From contig JAKFBU010000001.1 in the NCBI GenBank assembly GCA_036676985.1, positions 1 through 64,000 on the forward strand: DNA of 64,000 nucleotides. The letters run 5' to 3'. The stretch comes from Candidatus Sericytochromatia bacterium. GTDB lineage: Bacteria > Cyanobacteriota > Sericytochromatia > S15B-MN24 > UBA4093. A model generated the notes under the pieces. The model had not been told where the DNA came from and searched no databases. It was given only the letters and a program-made list of their open reading frames with translations. A program made the position numbers and the translations under genes. Numbering within the stretch: position 1 is the stretch's first letter; every line of letters starts with the position of its first letter. Shown piece by piece: positions 10,380-20,027 of the stretch.

Positions 10380-11609
10380 ATGAGACTTTCGATCGCCCCG
10401 CTCCTGGCGCTAGCGCTCTTCGTCACCGCCCCCGCCGGGCTGGCGGCGAGCCCGTTCTTCGAGACGCCGAAGCCCGCGCCGGGCTTCCTCGCCCGCAGCG
10501 CCCCGGAGGCGGTCGGCCTGGACGCGCGGCGCCTCGAGGCGTTCGTGGAAAGCGCCCGGCTTTCGGGCTCGGACGCCCTCGTCGTCCTCAAGGACGGCAA
10601 GACCGTCGTGGAGCGCTACTTCGGCGAGCCCGTCGGCCCCATGGCGTGCATGTCCGTCACCAAGGCCGTCGCGAGCCTCGCCATCGGCAAGCTCCTGGAC
10701 GAGGGCAAGATCCGCTCCCTCGACGAGCCCGCCGCCACCTGGTTTCCCGAGTGGAAAGCGGACCCGACCAAGGCCCGCATCACCCTGCGCCAGCTCATGA
10801 ACCACACCTCCGGGCTGCCGCGACTGGACGGGTCCGAGCTCTACCCGAACGACGACATGTTGGCCTTCGCCCGGGGACTGGCCGTCCAGTACGAGCCCGG
10901 CACGCAGTGGGAGTACAGCAACCCGGGCGCCATGCTGCTCGCGGGCATCGTCCGGCAGGCCTCGGGGAAGCCCCTCGATCGGTACATGCAGGACACGATC
11001 TTCGAGCCACTGGGCATCATGGAGTGGAAGTGGCACCGCGACCGGGCCGGCAATCCGGATGCCTTCGGGGGGCTGCAGCTGCGGCCGCGCGACCTCGCCA
11101 AGATCGGCCAGCTCATGCTCGACCAGGGGCGCTGGCAGGGCAGGCAGATCCTGAGCGTCCGCTTCGTGACCGAGGCGACCGCGCCCTCGCAGCAGCGACA
11201 CGCGCATCAGGGGCTGGTCTGGTCCCTCCACTACCCGGACGGCTATCTCTTGCAGACCGACGCCGGGCTCGCGGCCCTGCGGCAGGCGGGCTTCGAGGCT
11301 GCGGACAAACTCGCGCCCTTGACCGGGCGGAAGTTCCCCTTCGGCATGGGCTACCTGAACGCGGCCCAGGAGCGGCTCGCGGAAGGGGAGTTCGCGCAGC
11401 TGCGTGCCCTGATGCGCCGTGAGGTGGGGCCCGTGAGCGTCCAGTACGAACGGCGCTTCTTCGGGCACGACGGCTGGCTCGGACAGTACCTCGTGGTGGA
11501 CCCGACGACCCGGCTGGTGGCCGTTCGCATGATCCGCCACCGGCGGGATGATCAAGACAATGCCCGCGAGCGCTTCGCCTCGTTCTACGAGTTGTTCGGG
11601 GGGTTATAG
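10380..11609 (+). CDS. Secreted serine hydrolase (beta-lactamase class C/AmpC-like family)
   Basis: Signal peptide; SVTK (SxxK), LMNHTSGL, YSN, GHDGWLGQ. Confidence 0.9.
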   Translation: MRLSIAPLLALALFVTAPAGLAASPFFETPKPAPGFLARSAPEAVGLDARRLEAFVESARLSGSDALVVLKDGKTVVERYFGEPVGPMACMSVTKAVASLAIGKLLDEGKIRSLDEPAATWFPEWKADPTKARITLRQLMNHTSGLPRLDGSELYPNDDMLAFARGLAVQYEPGTQWEYSNPGAMLLAGIVRQASGKPLDRYMQDTIFEPLGIMEWKWHRDRAGNPDAFGGLQLRPRDLAKIGQLMLDQGRWQGRQILSVRFVTEATAPSQQRHAHQGLVWSLHYPDGYLLQTDAGLAALRQAGFEAADKLAPLTGRKFPFGMGYLNAAQERLAEGEFAQLRALMRREVGPVSVQYERRFFGHDGWLGQYLVVDPTTRLVAVRMIRHRRDDQDNARERFASFYELFGGL

Positions 11610-11652
11610 GGAATCCGTTCGCCCCCAACCGCGTATGTGGTCTAATAGAGGG

Positions 11653-12405
11653 ATGAAGCAGTATTACACGGTCCGCGGGGCCAAGGTTTGCGCCTTCGTC
11701 CAGGGTGAAGGGCCCAACGTCCTCTTCATCCACGGCACCGGCGGCAACTTCAAGTCCTGGTTCAATCAGGTACGCCGGCTGAGCGGAGAATACCGGGCGA
11801 TCGCCCTCGACCTGCCCGGCTACGGCGAGTCCGAGCTGCCCCCGAGCATCGAGTCCAACGACGACTATGCCGCCTTCGTCTCCGAATGGATGCAGGTGGC
11901 CGGCTGGGACCACGCCGTGGTCGTCGGCAGCTCCATGGGCGGCCGCGTCTGCCTGCAACTGGCCCTCGAACACCCCGAACGCGTGAACGGGCTCGTCCTC
12001 GTGAACGCCTCCGGCATCCGCGTGCCCGGCGTCGAGACCCTGTCGCCCGGCGACGTCTCGCCCGAGGAGTTCATGCAGGCCATCTTCTACCGGCCATCCC
12101 CCGTCGTCGTGCGCGCCGGGGCCGCCACCTCCGCCGCATGGTACGGCACCATGGAAAAGCTCACCGCCAAGCCCCTAAAGGACATGACGCCCCTCCTGCC
12201 CCGGATCCGGGCCAAGACGCTCATCCTCTGGGGTGAGCATGATAGAGTGCTGCCACCGGCCTTCGCCGACGCCTTCCACCAGGGCATCCCCGACTCGCAG
12301 GTGGCCATGATCGAACGGGCGGGCCACGTCCCCATGCTGGAGCGGCCAGGCGAGGTCAACGAGGCCCTCGTGACCTTCTTGAGCACCTTGAGGAAACCAC
12401 AATGA
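11653..12405 (+). CDS. Alpha/beta-fold hydrolase
   Basis: FIHG, DLPGYG, GSSMGG nucleophile elbow, GEHD, AGH. Confidence 0.9.
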   Translation: MKQYYTVRGAKVCAFVQGEGPNVLFIHGTGGNFKSWFNQVRRLSGEYRAIALDLPGYGESELPPSIESNDDYAAFVSEWMQVAGWDHAVVVGSSMGGRVCLQLALEHPERVNGLVLVNASGIRVPGVETLSPGDVSPEEFMQAIFYRPSPVVVRAGAATSAAWYGTMEKLTAKPLKDMTPLLPRIRAKTLILWGEHDRVLPPAFADAFHQGIPDSQVAMIERAGHVPMLERPGEVNEALVTFLSTLRKPQ

Positions 12406-12605
12406 GCTATCAGAACGTCTACGATCGGCTCCTGCAGGCCATCAACCAGGGCTATCACGAGCAGCAGAAGCTCGTGGAGGTCACGGACTCGACCTTCGCC
12501 TACCTCACCGAGTACGAGGAGACCATGGCCGAGGACCAGATCCTGAGCCTGCGCATCCTGCTCGCCGAGGCCGAGACCCAGATCGGGCGCTACTTCGGGA
12601 TGTAA
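12402..12605 (+). CDS. Small hypothetical protein (67 aa)
   Basis: ATGA overlap with the hydrolase stop, GAGG RBS, typical codon bias. Confidence 0.7.
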   Translation: MSYQNVYDRLLQAINQGYHEQQKLVEVTDSTFAYLTEYEETMAEDQILSLRILLAEAETQIGRYFGM

Positions 12606-12764
12606 TCAGGCCTTGGGGTCGTCCCGGTTGGGGTCGAACGGCAGCCACAGGATCGGGCTCTGGAGGCCTTCGTGGGCGTCCGTGCCGCTGAAGTCGGGCG
12701 CGTCCTTCGCGCCCATGAGCGACCGCACCCACTCGTAGACCTGCTCGACGTAGGAACGCCCCAT
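12606..12764 (-). CDS. Small hypothetical protein (52 aa, MGRSYVEQ...)
   Basis: CAGGAGGG RBS before ATG 12764; GC3-biased codons. Confidence 0.6.
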   Translation of the reverse strand: MGRSYVEQVYEWVRSLMGAKDAPDFSGTDAHEGLQSPILWLPFDPNRDDPKA

Positions 12765-13005
12765 GTCGCCCTCCTGACCGTTACCGCGGTGTGCTGCAAC
12801 GTCGACGAGACCGGCCGGACTCCGGTTCCCTCGCATCGACCGGAAAGCCCCTCCATCCTAGCTCGTCGGACCCCCGAGAGCATCCGTCGAATCACGTCCA
12901 TGCCCTAGGCCATTTTGCGAATTGCCTGGTCGGGCTCCGGCTGCGAGGGCCGCCGCTGCGCAGCAAAAAGCCGGCCGCCATGGGCGACCGGCCGGGGTCG
13001 AGTTG

Positions 13006-13863
13006 CTAGGCCGTCGGAGCTGCCGTCTGCGCCTCGATCTTGGCGTACAGGGCGAGCGCCTGCTGAGCGATCTCCGTGAGCCGCTCCTTGGGGAAAGGCA
13101 GCTCCTTGAGGACCTCCTTGTCCACCGGGAAGAGCGAGATGCCGATGGGCAGCTTGGTGTTGGCGCAGTTGATGGCCACATCCGCCAGGTGGACGATCTT
13201 GACCAGCTTGCGGTTGATGGTCGCCTCGCGCGGCGTGTGGTGAAGGCGCACGGGCTCCACCAGCGCGGGCGGCATGCCCCAGCGCTCCAGGACCTTGGCC
13301 CCGAAGTACGAGTGGTTGAAGCCGAGCGCGTGATCCTCGGCCGTGAAGGTCGCCACCGCCTTGGCCTGCGTCAGCTTGATGGAGTTGGAGATCTCCTCGA
13401 ACGCGAAGGCGTTGAGCACGGCCTTGCCCAGGTCGTGGAAGAGGCCCGCGGTGTAGGCCTGCGAGAGGTTGGGGTACTCGAGCTCCTGCGCCAGGAGCTG
13501 GCAGCAGATGGCCACCTGCTGCGAGTGGGTCCAGAGGCGGCCCTGCATGATCTCGAAGGTCGCCGGGTCCAGGTCGGCCTGCTTGGCATCCGACTGGGAG
13601 GTGGCCGAGATGAAGTTCTTGACCGTCTGGAGGCCCATCAGGCGGATGGCCTGGTGGACGTTCTGGACGTTGCGCTGCGCCTGGTGGACCGTGTTGGTGA
13701 CGATCTTGCCCGAGAGCGCCTTGTCCTTGGAGATGATCTCGGCGATCTGGTCGAGGTTGGCCTCGGGACTGTCCAACATCTCCATCGCCTGGTTCAGGAC
13801 CGGCGAGAAGTTGAACTGCGGCAAGGTATCGACCTTGGCCATCAACAGATCTTCGAGCGACAT
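13006..13863 (-). CDS. Stand-alone HDOD domain protein
   Basis: LPQF...IISKDKALS...WTHS...AGLFHDLGK...HSYFGAKVLERW...HH. Confidence 0.9.
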   Translation of the reverse strand: MSLEDLLMAKVDTLPQFNFSPVLNQAMEMLDSPEANLDQIAEIISKDKALSGKIVTNTVHQAQRNVQNVHQAIRLMGLQTVKNFISATSQSDAKQADLDPATFEIMQGRLWTHSQQVAICCQLLAQELEYPNLSQAYTAGLFHDLGKAVLNAFAFEEISNSIKLTQAKAVATFTAEDHALGFNHSYFGAKVLERWGMPPALVEPVRLHHTPREATINRKLVKIVHLADVAINCANTKLPIGISLFPVDKEVLKELPFPKERLTEIAQQALALYAKIEAQTAAPTA

Positions 13864-13938
13864 GGGGCCTCCTGGGGCGCTTGGTGAGTGGGAAGAGGAC
13901 CGGCGGCTCCCGGAGGAGCCGCCGGTCGGGTACTCCGC

Positions 13939-15741
13939 TTATACCCGGGCAGGCTGCGGGTTATGTGACCCGGCGAGGGCCGAGTGGAGATATTCCTGAA
14001 CTCGGGCGATCGCTCCATCGATGGGCAGGGTGTCGGTTGCGCCCTCCATGCGGAACTTCACCTCGACCTTGCCCTCGCTGACGGCCTTGCCGACGGTGAT
14101 GCGCACGGGGAAGCCAATGAGATCGGCGTCCTTGAACTTGACGCCCGCCCGCTCCTCGCGGTCGTCCAGCACGACCTCGACGCCCGCCTGGAGGGCTTCC
14201 TGGTAGAGGCGGTTGGCGACGTCCATGCCGACCTCGTCCTTGATGTTCACGGCCACGATGATCAGGTGGTAGGGGGCGATCGCCACCGGCCACTTGATGC
14301 CGTCCTGGTCATGCAGGGACTCGACGGCCGCCTGGGCCGTGCGGGTGACGCCGATGCCGTAGCAGCCCATGACGAAGGGCTTCTCGGAGCCGTCCTGGTC
14401 CATGAAGGTGGCGTTCATCTTGGCCGAGTACTTGGTGCCCAGCTTGAAGGTGTTGCCGACCTCGATGCCCTTGGCGGCAGAGAGACGGCCGCCCTCACAG
14501 CGGGCACACAGGTCCTCGGCCTTGGCGAGGCGCACGTCCACCCAGCGCTCGGGAGTGAACTCCCGGCCCCAGTTGGCGTTGACGAAGTGCATGTCGACCT
14601 CGTTGGGGCCGATCACGAAGTTGGTCATATGGCGGACGGACTCGTCGGCGAGCACCTGGTCCACCTGCAGGCCGATGGGGCCCACGAAGCCCGCGGCCGC
14701 TCCCGAGCGGGCGTGGATCTCCTCGTCGCTCGCCAGGCGAAGCTCCAGGGCGCCGAGCGCGTTCTTGAGCTTGACGTCGTTGACCTCCAGGTCGCCCCGG
14801 ATGAGGACCGCGGCGTAGGAGACGTCGATCTGCTCGGCGTTGGCCGGATCCTCGGGCATGGTCTCGACGCGGTAGACGAGCGTCTTGACGATCTGCGCCG
14901 GGTCGACCTTGAGGAAGTCGGCGAGCTGAGCGATGGTCTTGGTGCCGGGGGTCGGGATCTTCTCGAGGGCCTTGGGCTCCTCGGGGGGCAGCTTCTTTAG
15001 GATGTTGGCCACGTCCAGCGAGCTCTCGGCGCGCTCGACGTTGGCGGCGTAGTCGCAGCTGTTGCAGAACAGCAGGTCGTTCTCGCCGCCCGCCGTGTCG
15101 ACCACGACCATGAACTCGTGGGCCGCCGAGCCGCCGATGGCGCCGACGTCGCTCTCCACCATCCGGGTGTGCAGGCCGCAGCGCTCGAAGATGCGCGTAT
15201 AGGCGCGGCACATGACGTCGTAGGTCACCTCCAGGCTCGCCTGATCCACATGGAAGGAGTAGGCGTCCTTCATGATGAACTCGCGGCCGCGCAGCAGGCC
15301 GAAGCGGGGCCGGATTTCGTCCCGGAACTTGACCTGGATCTGGTAGAGGTTGGTGGGCAGCTGGCGGTAGCTGCGGAGCTCGTCACGGGCGATCGCCGTC
15401 ACCGTCTCCTCGTGGGTGGGGCCCAGGAGCTCGTCGCGCTCGTGGCGGTTCTGCAGGCGGAACATCTCCTTGCCGTAGACCTGCCAGCGGCCGCTCTCCA
15501 TCCAGAGCTCCGCGGGGTTGAGGATGGGCATGCGCAGCTCGAGGGCACCCGAGCGGTCCATCTCCTCGCGCACGATCTGCTCGACCTTGCGGGTGACGCG
15601 CCACATCAGGGGGTAGAGGTTGTACACGCCCGGGGTGACCCGGCGGATGAAGCCTGCTCGCATGAGGAGCTGGTGGCTGATGATCTCCGCCTCGGCGGGC
15701 ACCTCGCGCAGCGTGGGGGCGAGCATCTGGGACATTTTCAT
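13939..15741 (-). CDS. proS: Proline--tRNA ligase (bacterial type with editing insertion)
   Basis: MKMSQMLAPTLRE, GPTHEE, FRDEIRPRFGLLRGREF, MGCYGIG. Confidence 0.97.
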   Translation of the reverse strand: MKMSQMLAPTLREVPAEAEIISHQLLMRAGFIRRVTPGVYNLYPLMWRVTRKVEQIVREEMDRSGALELRMPILNPAELWMESGRWQVYGKEMFRLQNRHERDELLGPTHEETVTAIARDELRSYRQLPTNLYQIQVKFRDEIRPRFGLLRGREFIMKDAYSFHVDQASLEVTYDVMCRAYTRIFERCGLHTRMVESDVGAIGGSAAHEFMVVVDTAGGENDLLFCNSCDYAANVERAESSLDVANILKKLPPEEPKALEKIPTPGTKTIAQLADFLKVDPAQIVKTLVYRVETMPEDPANAEQIDVSYAAVLIRGDLEVNDVKLKNALGALELRLASDEEIHARSGAAAGFVGPIGLQVDQVLADESVRHMTNFVIGPNEVDMHFVNANWGREFTPERWVDVRLAKAEDLCARCEGGRLSAAKGIEVGNTFKLGTKYSAKMNATFMDQDGSEKPFVMGCYGIGVTRTAQAAVESLHDQDGIKWPVAIAPYHLIIVAVNIKDEVGMDVANRLYQEALQAGVEVVLDDREERAGVKFKDADLIGFPVRITVGKAVSEGKVEVKFRMEGATDTLPIDGAIARVQEYLHSALAGSHNPQPARV

Positions 15742-15888
15742 GGACGACGTTCCTTCTGATACGGGTGGCAAGGCCGAGCGGGCGCCGAGCGCGCGCAAGG
15801 ACTCCTCATTATAGCGGAAAGCGCCGCTCCTTCGCCGGGACGTGACGCACGCACGACGCAAGCGGCCTTCTTGTGGCATGATGAAGCC

Positions 15889-17400
15889 ATGAGGGTTCTG
15901 TGCCTGCTTGCTAGCCTGCTCCTATTGGCCCCGGCCGTTCCAGCCGCGGCCCAGGTCGGCGCGTCGCCGTCGATGGCCGCCACGGCCAGCCCGCAGGCCC
16001 TTTCCTTCGCGCGCAACGCCGCCGATGCCGTCGCGACGGCCCTGGAGCGCACGGCCGCGAACCTCGAGGCCATCCTCATGGGCCCCGCCCCCAAGCCCGG
16101 CAAGCCCATGACCCTCCAGGTCTTCAGCAGGGGGCGCCCCCTGCCGGTTCGCCCCCTGGGCGTCAAGGGCGGCATCGCCACCGACGCCGGCATCCGCGCC
16201 GAGCTGCGCCGGACCGGACGGGTGATCCGCTACCGGGCCAAGCCCCAGCCCCACTTCCTGGTGGCGGCCGAGACCCGCACGGGCAAGCGCCGCAGCCTGG
16301 GCGTCGAGGTGCCTCTCAACGACATGGCCCAGGCGCTCGACTCCGTGCGGCTGCCTGACTACACGACCCTCGAGATCCTCTCGCGCGAAGGCGAACCCCT
16401 CGCGCACCCGAACCGTCCGCTGCCGATCGAGGAGCGGGCGATCGCAGCCACCCTCGCCGGAGGCGTCGAGCGCCAGAGCCAGGTGGGAAGGACCACCCTG
16501 GGCTACGCGCCCATCGCCGAGACGGGCGTCGGGGTCCTGGTGCGCATGACGGACTCGCTCGCGGCCCCCGCCAGCCCTCCGGCACAGGCCACCGAGGCCA
16601 CCGAGACGGCCGAGCCCACGGCCCCGAGCGCCACGGCCGACCTCCCGGCGCCGGCTGCTTCCGGGGCCATCCGCGTGAGCCGTCGCGAAGGGCTCCTGAT
16701 GACCCTCGGAGGCCTCGCCGTCGCCCTCGTGTTCGGGCTCATCGGGTGGCTGCGCCGTCGCTGGCATGCCCAGCTCCAGGCGGCCTCGACCAAGGCCGAG
16801 ACCCCGGCCCTCTCCAATGTGGCGCGCCTGGCGGCGAGCGTGGCGAGCGGCCTGCCCGCCCTGCGCGAGTCTCTCGGCAGCGCGTCGCGGGCCCTCGATC
16901 GGGCGTTCATGGTCGACAGCGGCCCCGCGCCGCACCTCGCCGAGGCCCACGACCTCGCCCAGGACATCAGCGAGCAGGCCGAGGGACTCCTGGAGCGGCT
17001 CGAACAGGCCGCCAAGCTCCAGCCACCACCCCTGCGGGAGGTCTCCACCCAGCTCACGCAGCTCGCCCTGGATCTGGCCCTCGCCGCGGCTCAGCCCGGA
17101 GGGCAGGCGGACGTGGTGAAGGCCGCCGCCCAGCTCAAGGAGCTCGCGGCCATCCTGCCCCAGCTGGAAGGCCGCGGAGAGGGGCCCTCCCTGCCCTACC
17201 TCGCCGAGCTCGCAGCCGCCCTCAAGGCCCGCTGCGAGCGCATGGAAGGTGTGCTCGGCACCGAGCCCGAGGCGGGTCCGGGCCTGCAGCTGCAGATGGC
17301 CCGCGAGGCCCTCGAGAAGGCGATCGCCCAGAGCAACCTCCTGGCCGATCGTGTCCGCACGTTGGAGCGGCACCTGCCGATCCCTGAAGATAACGTGTAG
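15889..17400 (+). CDS. Signal peptide + Cache-like extracytoplasmic region + TM + coiled-coil with degenerate MCP-like segment
   Basis: Signal peptide; GYAPIAETGVGVLVRM Cache-like end; TM helix; QLTQLALDLALAAAQPG. Confidence 0.6.
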   Translation: MRVLCLLASLLLLAPAVPAAAQVGASPSMAATASPQALSFARNAADAVATALERTAANLEAILMGPAPKPGKPMTLQVFSRGRPLPVRPLGVKGGIATDAGIRAELRRTGRVIRYRAKPQPHFLVAAETRTGKRRSLGVEVPLNDMAQALDSVRLPDYTTLEILSREGEPLAHPNRPLPIEERAIAATLAGGVERQSQVGRTTLGYAPIAETGVGVLVRMTDSLAAPASPPAQATEATETAEPTAPSATADLPAPAASGAIRVSRREGLLMTLGGLAVALVFGLIGWLRRRWHAQLQAASTKAETPALSNVARLAASVASGLPALRESLGSASRALDRAFMVDSGPAPHLAEAHDLAQDISEQAEGLLERLEQAAKLQPPPLREVSTQLTQLALDLALAAAQPGGQADVVKAAAQLKELAAILPQLEGRGEGPSLPYLAELAAALKARCERMEGVLGTEPEAGPGLQLQMAREALEKAIAQSNLLADRVRTLERHLPIPEDNV

Positions 17401-17466
17401 ACAGTTAAATTTCTCCCAAAATGGCCCTAGAATAGCGACGTACTCCGTTTCCAGGAAGGGCATGCC

Positions 17467-18858
17467 TTGAACCTGCTGGTCGCCTTCGCTGTTCTTCTCG
17501 GTCTTGCGGCATCGACGCTCGCCCTGTATCGGGGCGGGCACTTGCCCGGGACCCTGCCGTTCTGGCTGAAGCGCCTGGAGAACCCCAGCCGACCGATCCG
17601 GTTGCGGACGGTGCAGCAACTCAGCCAGATGGGCAGCGCACAGGCCGCCTACTGCCTGACGCTGGTGTCTCGAAGCGACGACTTCGCCGTCAAGCAGATG
17701 GCCGTCATGGGCCTGCTCAAGGCGCGCCACGCGTCGACCCTGCAGGCCCTCATGGCCGCCTCCACCGACCGGGACTCCAAGATCCGGATGCTCATCGCCC
17801 AGGGGATCCACCCCTTTCCCAACCCCGAGGTCACGCACCTGTTGACGGACATGGTGCGCGATCCCGAAGAGGCGGTGGCGGCGTCGGCCATCATCTCGCT
17901 CGGGACGCGCCGAGACGTCGCGGCGGTGCCGGCTCTCGCCCAGGTGATGGGCGGCAACGAGACCCTCGCGCGCCTTTCGGCCGAGGCCCTGGTGGAGATC
18001 GGTCGCGACGCCCTGGAGCCCCTCATCGAGGCGCTGCCTCGCCTGAGCCCCCTTGCGTGCGAGCGCCTCATCGCGGTCATGACGACGCTCGACGCCAAGG
18101 CCTCGATCAAGCCCCTGGTCGATCTCCTGAACACCAGCAACAACGAGTTCCTGCTCAAGGAGGTCATCTCGACCCTGGTGGGGATGCGGACACCCGAGGC
18201 GACCCAGGCCCTGATCGCCTTCATCGGGAACGATCAGAACCTGTGCCGTCCCTATGCGCTGACCAAGCTCCAGTTCCTCAAGGACGCCGCGGTCAACAGC
18301 CTGTTGTTGCGGCTCTTGAAGGACCCGGAGCTCGAGATCCGGCGGGCGGCCGCGGAGGCGCTGATGGGGGGATGGGACCCGGACTGGATCCAGCCGCTCA
18401 TGGAGGCCCTTGCGGATCCGGACGAAGAGGTGGTGCGCCTGGCGGCCGAGGCGCTCGGGCAGTACGACGATCAGCGCATCTTGCCGCGGCTCTTCGAGCA
18501 GCTGTGGCCCGTCGACTGCGAGTGGATCGTGCCCATGATCGAGGATGCGGTCCGCAAGCGGCTTTCCGAGCTCAAGCCCGTCGAGGATCTCTATCCGCTC
18601 TTGAAGCGGATCTCGAGCAAGGAGCACCGCGGGAGCGAGGAGCAGCGAATCCGGCACCACCTGCAGTCGGCGCTGATCTTGCTCAAGCCCAAGATGGTCT
18701 GCGGCTTCCAGGACCTGACCAACACGGTCCTGGTCTTCAAGGGCGAAGATTCAGTCAGCGAGTACCAGGAGAACCGCCTGCACCCGGTGGCCGCCCTGGC
18801 GCTCAAGACGCAGCCAAACTTGAAGGCGCTGCATCTCTGGAAGACCAGCCTCCGGTAA
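17467..18858 (+). CDS. Membrane-anchored HEAT/PBS-lyase repeat protein
   Basis: N-terminal TM; repeated LLxDPDxEVRxxAAEALG units. Confidence 0.85.
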   Translation: MNLLVAFAVLLGLAASTLALYRGGHLPGTLPFWLKRLENPSRPIRLRTVQQLSQMGSAQAAYCLTLVSRSDDFAVKQMAVMGLLKARHASTLQALMAASTDRDSKIRMLIAQGIHPFPNPEVTHLLTDMVRDPEEAVAASAIISLGTRRDVAAVPALAQVMGGNETLARLSAEALVEIGRDALEPLIEALPRLSPLACERLIAVMTTLDAKASIKPLVDLLNTSNNEFLLKEVISTLVGMRTPEATQALIAFIGNDQNLCRPYALTKLQFLKDAAVNSLLLRLLKDPELEIRRAAAEALMGGWDPDWIQPLMEALADPDEEVVRLAAEALGQYDDQRILPRLFEQLWPVDCEWIVPMIEDAVRKRLSELKPVEDLYPLLKRISSKEHRGSEEQRIRHHLQSALILLKPKMVCGFQDLTNTVLVFKGEDSVSEYQENRLHPVAALALKTQPNLKALHLWKTSLR

Positions 18859-18861
18859 TTC

Positions 18862-19458
18862 TTATTTCCGTTTGAACTCCGGCTTCACCCACTTGCCGCC
18901 GCTCTCGACCCGCGCGCGCACGTTGTGCACCAGAGCCGGGAGGCTGCGGCTCTGGAAAGCGTCCACCAGGGCCTGCGGCACCGGAAACGTCGTCTGGATC
19001 GCGACCCCGTAGCTGAGGATCGTGCCATGCGCGACCGGCTCGATGAGCCAGCGCCCCTTCACGTCCTTGAGGCCCGAGGCCTTGACGAGCCTCCAGTTGA
19101 CCCGGTACGGAGGCTGGTACATCCGGCGCTGCACCATCTCGCCCTGGTCGCTCTGCATCTTCACGACCGCGAAATGGTCCCCCTGCTCGATCACCGTGCA
19201 CTGGCTCAGGTTGGGCATGAACTCCGCGAGCCGCGGGGTGTCCGACAGGATCCGAAACACGCTGTCCGGCGGGGCATCCACCCAGAAGAGCGCCTCCACG
19301 CCGTTCATGCCCTCGATGGCAAAGGGCCGCGTGATCGTCTCGCCGGCCTTCAGCCTCGCGAGCTCGTCGGCCGTGGGAGCCGCCGCCGCCGGCGGCGCGA
19401 GCCAGATCAAGCCGACGATGAGTAGCCAGATGGGCATGGGTCCGATCCTCCGTCTCAT
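18862..19458 (-). CDS. SRPBCC/START (polyketide cyclase-like) protein with signal peptide
   Basis: VDAPPDSVFRILSDTPRLAEFMP...KGRWLIEP; start uncertain (19458 or 19437). Confidence 0.8.
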   Translation of the reverse strand: MRRRIGPMPIWLLIVGLIWLAPPAAAAPTADELARLKAGETITRPFAIEGMNGVEALFWVDAPPDSVFRILSDTPRLAEFMPNLSQCTVIEQGDHFAVVKMQSDQGEMVQRRMYQPPYRVNWRLVKASGLKDVKGRWLIEPVAHGTILSYGVAIQTTFPVPQALVDAFQSRSLPALVHNVRARVESGGKWVKPEFKRK

Positions 19459-19650
19459 GACCGTACCCGCCACGCCCGTCTCCATATCCGCGGATCGGCC
19501 AGCCAAGCGCCCCCAACCCATTGCAAGCAAGGACTTAACACACTCCGAATGATCAAAAAACCGAGGCTTTATCAAGTTTTCCAACCCCCCAGGGGATAAG
19601 GGAAATGGAACCCGATGGGTTGGAAAGTTGGCAAGATTCAGGAGGTCATT

Positions 19651-19935
19651 ATGAACATCGGCGGTTTGGTTGGCGGGCTGGTAAAGGGCTTATTCGGCGG
19701 ATCCAAGATCGGTGAAGCGCTGGGCGGAGCCGCCGAGAAACTCTTCAACGGCGGTAGCATCAGCGATATCTTCAAGGATCTGGCCAAGTCCTTCCTGGAC
19801 AGCTCCGACATCAAGGCGACCGGCACGGCGGCCGGCTCGACCGGCGACACCGTCGCCTCGATGGTCTCGGCCTTCAAGGGCGGCGACGGCGCCAAGATCG
19901 GTCAGACCGTCGGCGAACTGCTCGCCAAGAAGTAG
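19651..19935 (+). CDS. Small Gly-rich, Cys-free hypothetical protein (94 aa)
   Basis: AGGAGG RBS before ATG 19651; amphipathic GGLVGGLVKGLFGG. Confidence 0.75.
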   Translation: MNIGGLVGGLVKGLFGGSKIGEALGGAAEKLFNGGSISDIFKDLAKSFLDSSDIKATGTAAGSTGDTVASMVSAFKGGDGAKIGQTVGELLAKK

Positions 19936-20027
19936 GCCCGCTTAAATCGCGCCTATCTTTCGGTTAATCACCGCAAGTCACGGGGCCCCTCGCCGGATAG
20001 ACCACTCGGTCGACGGTGGGGGGCCTG

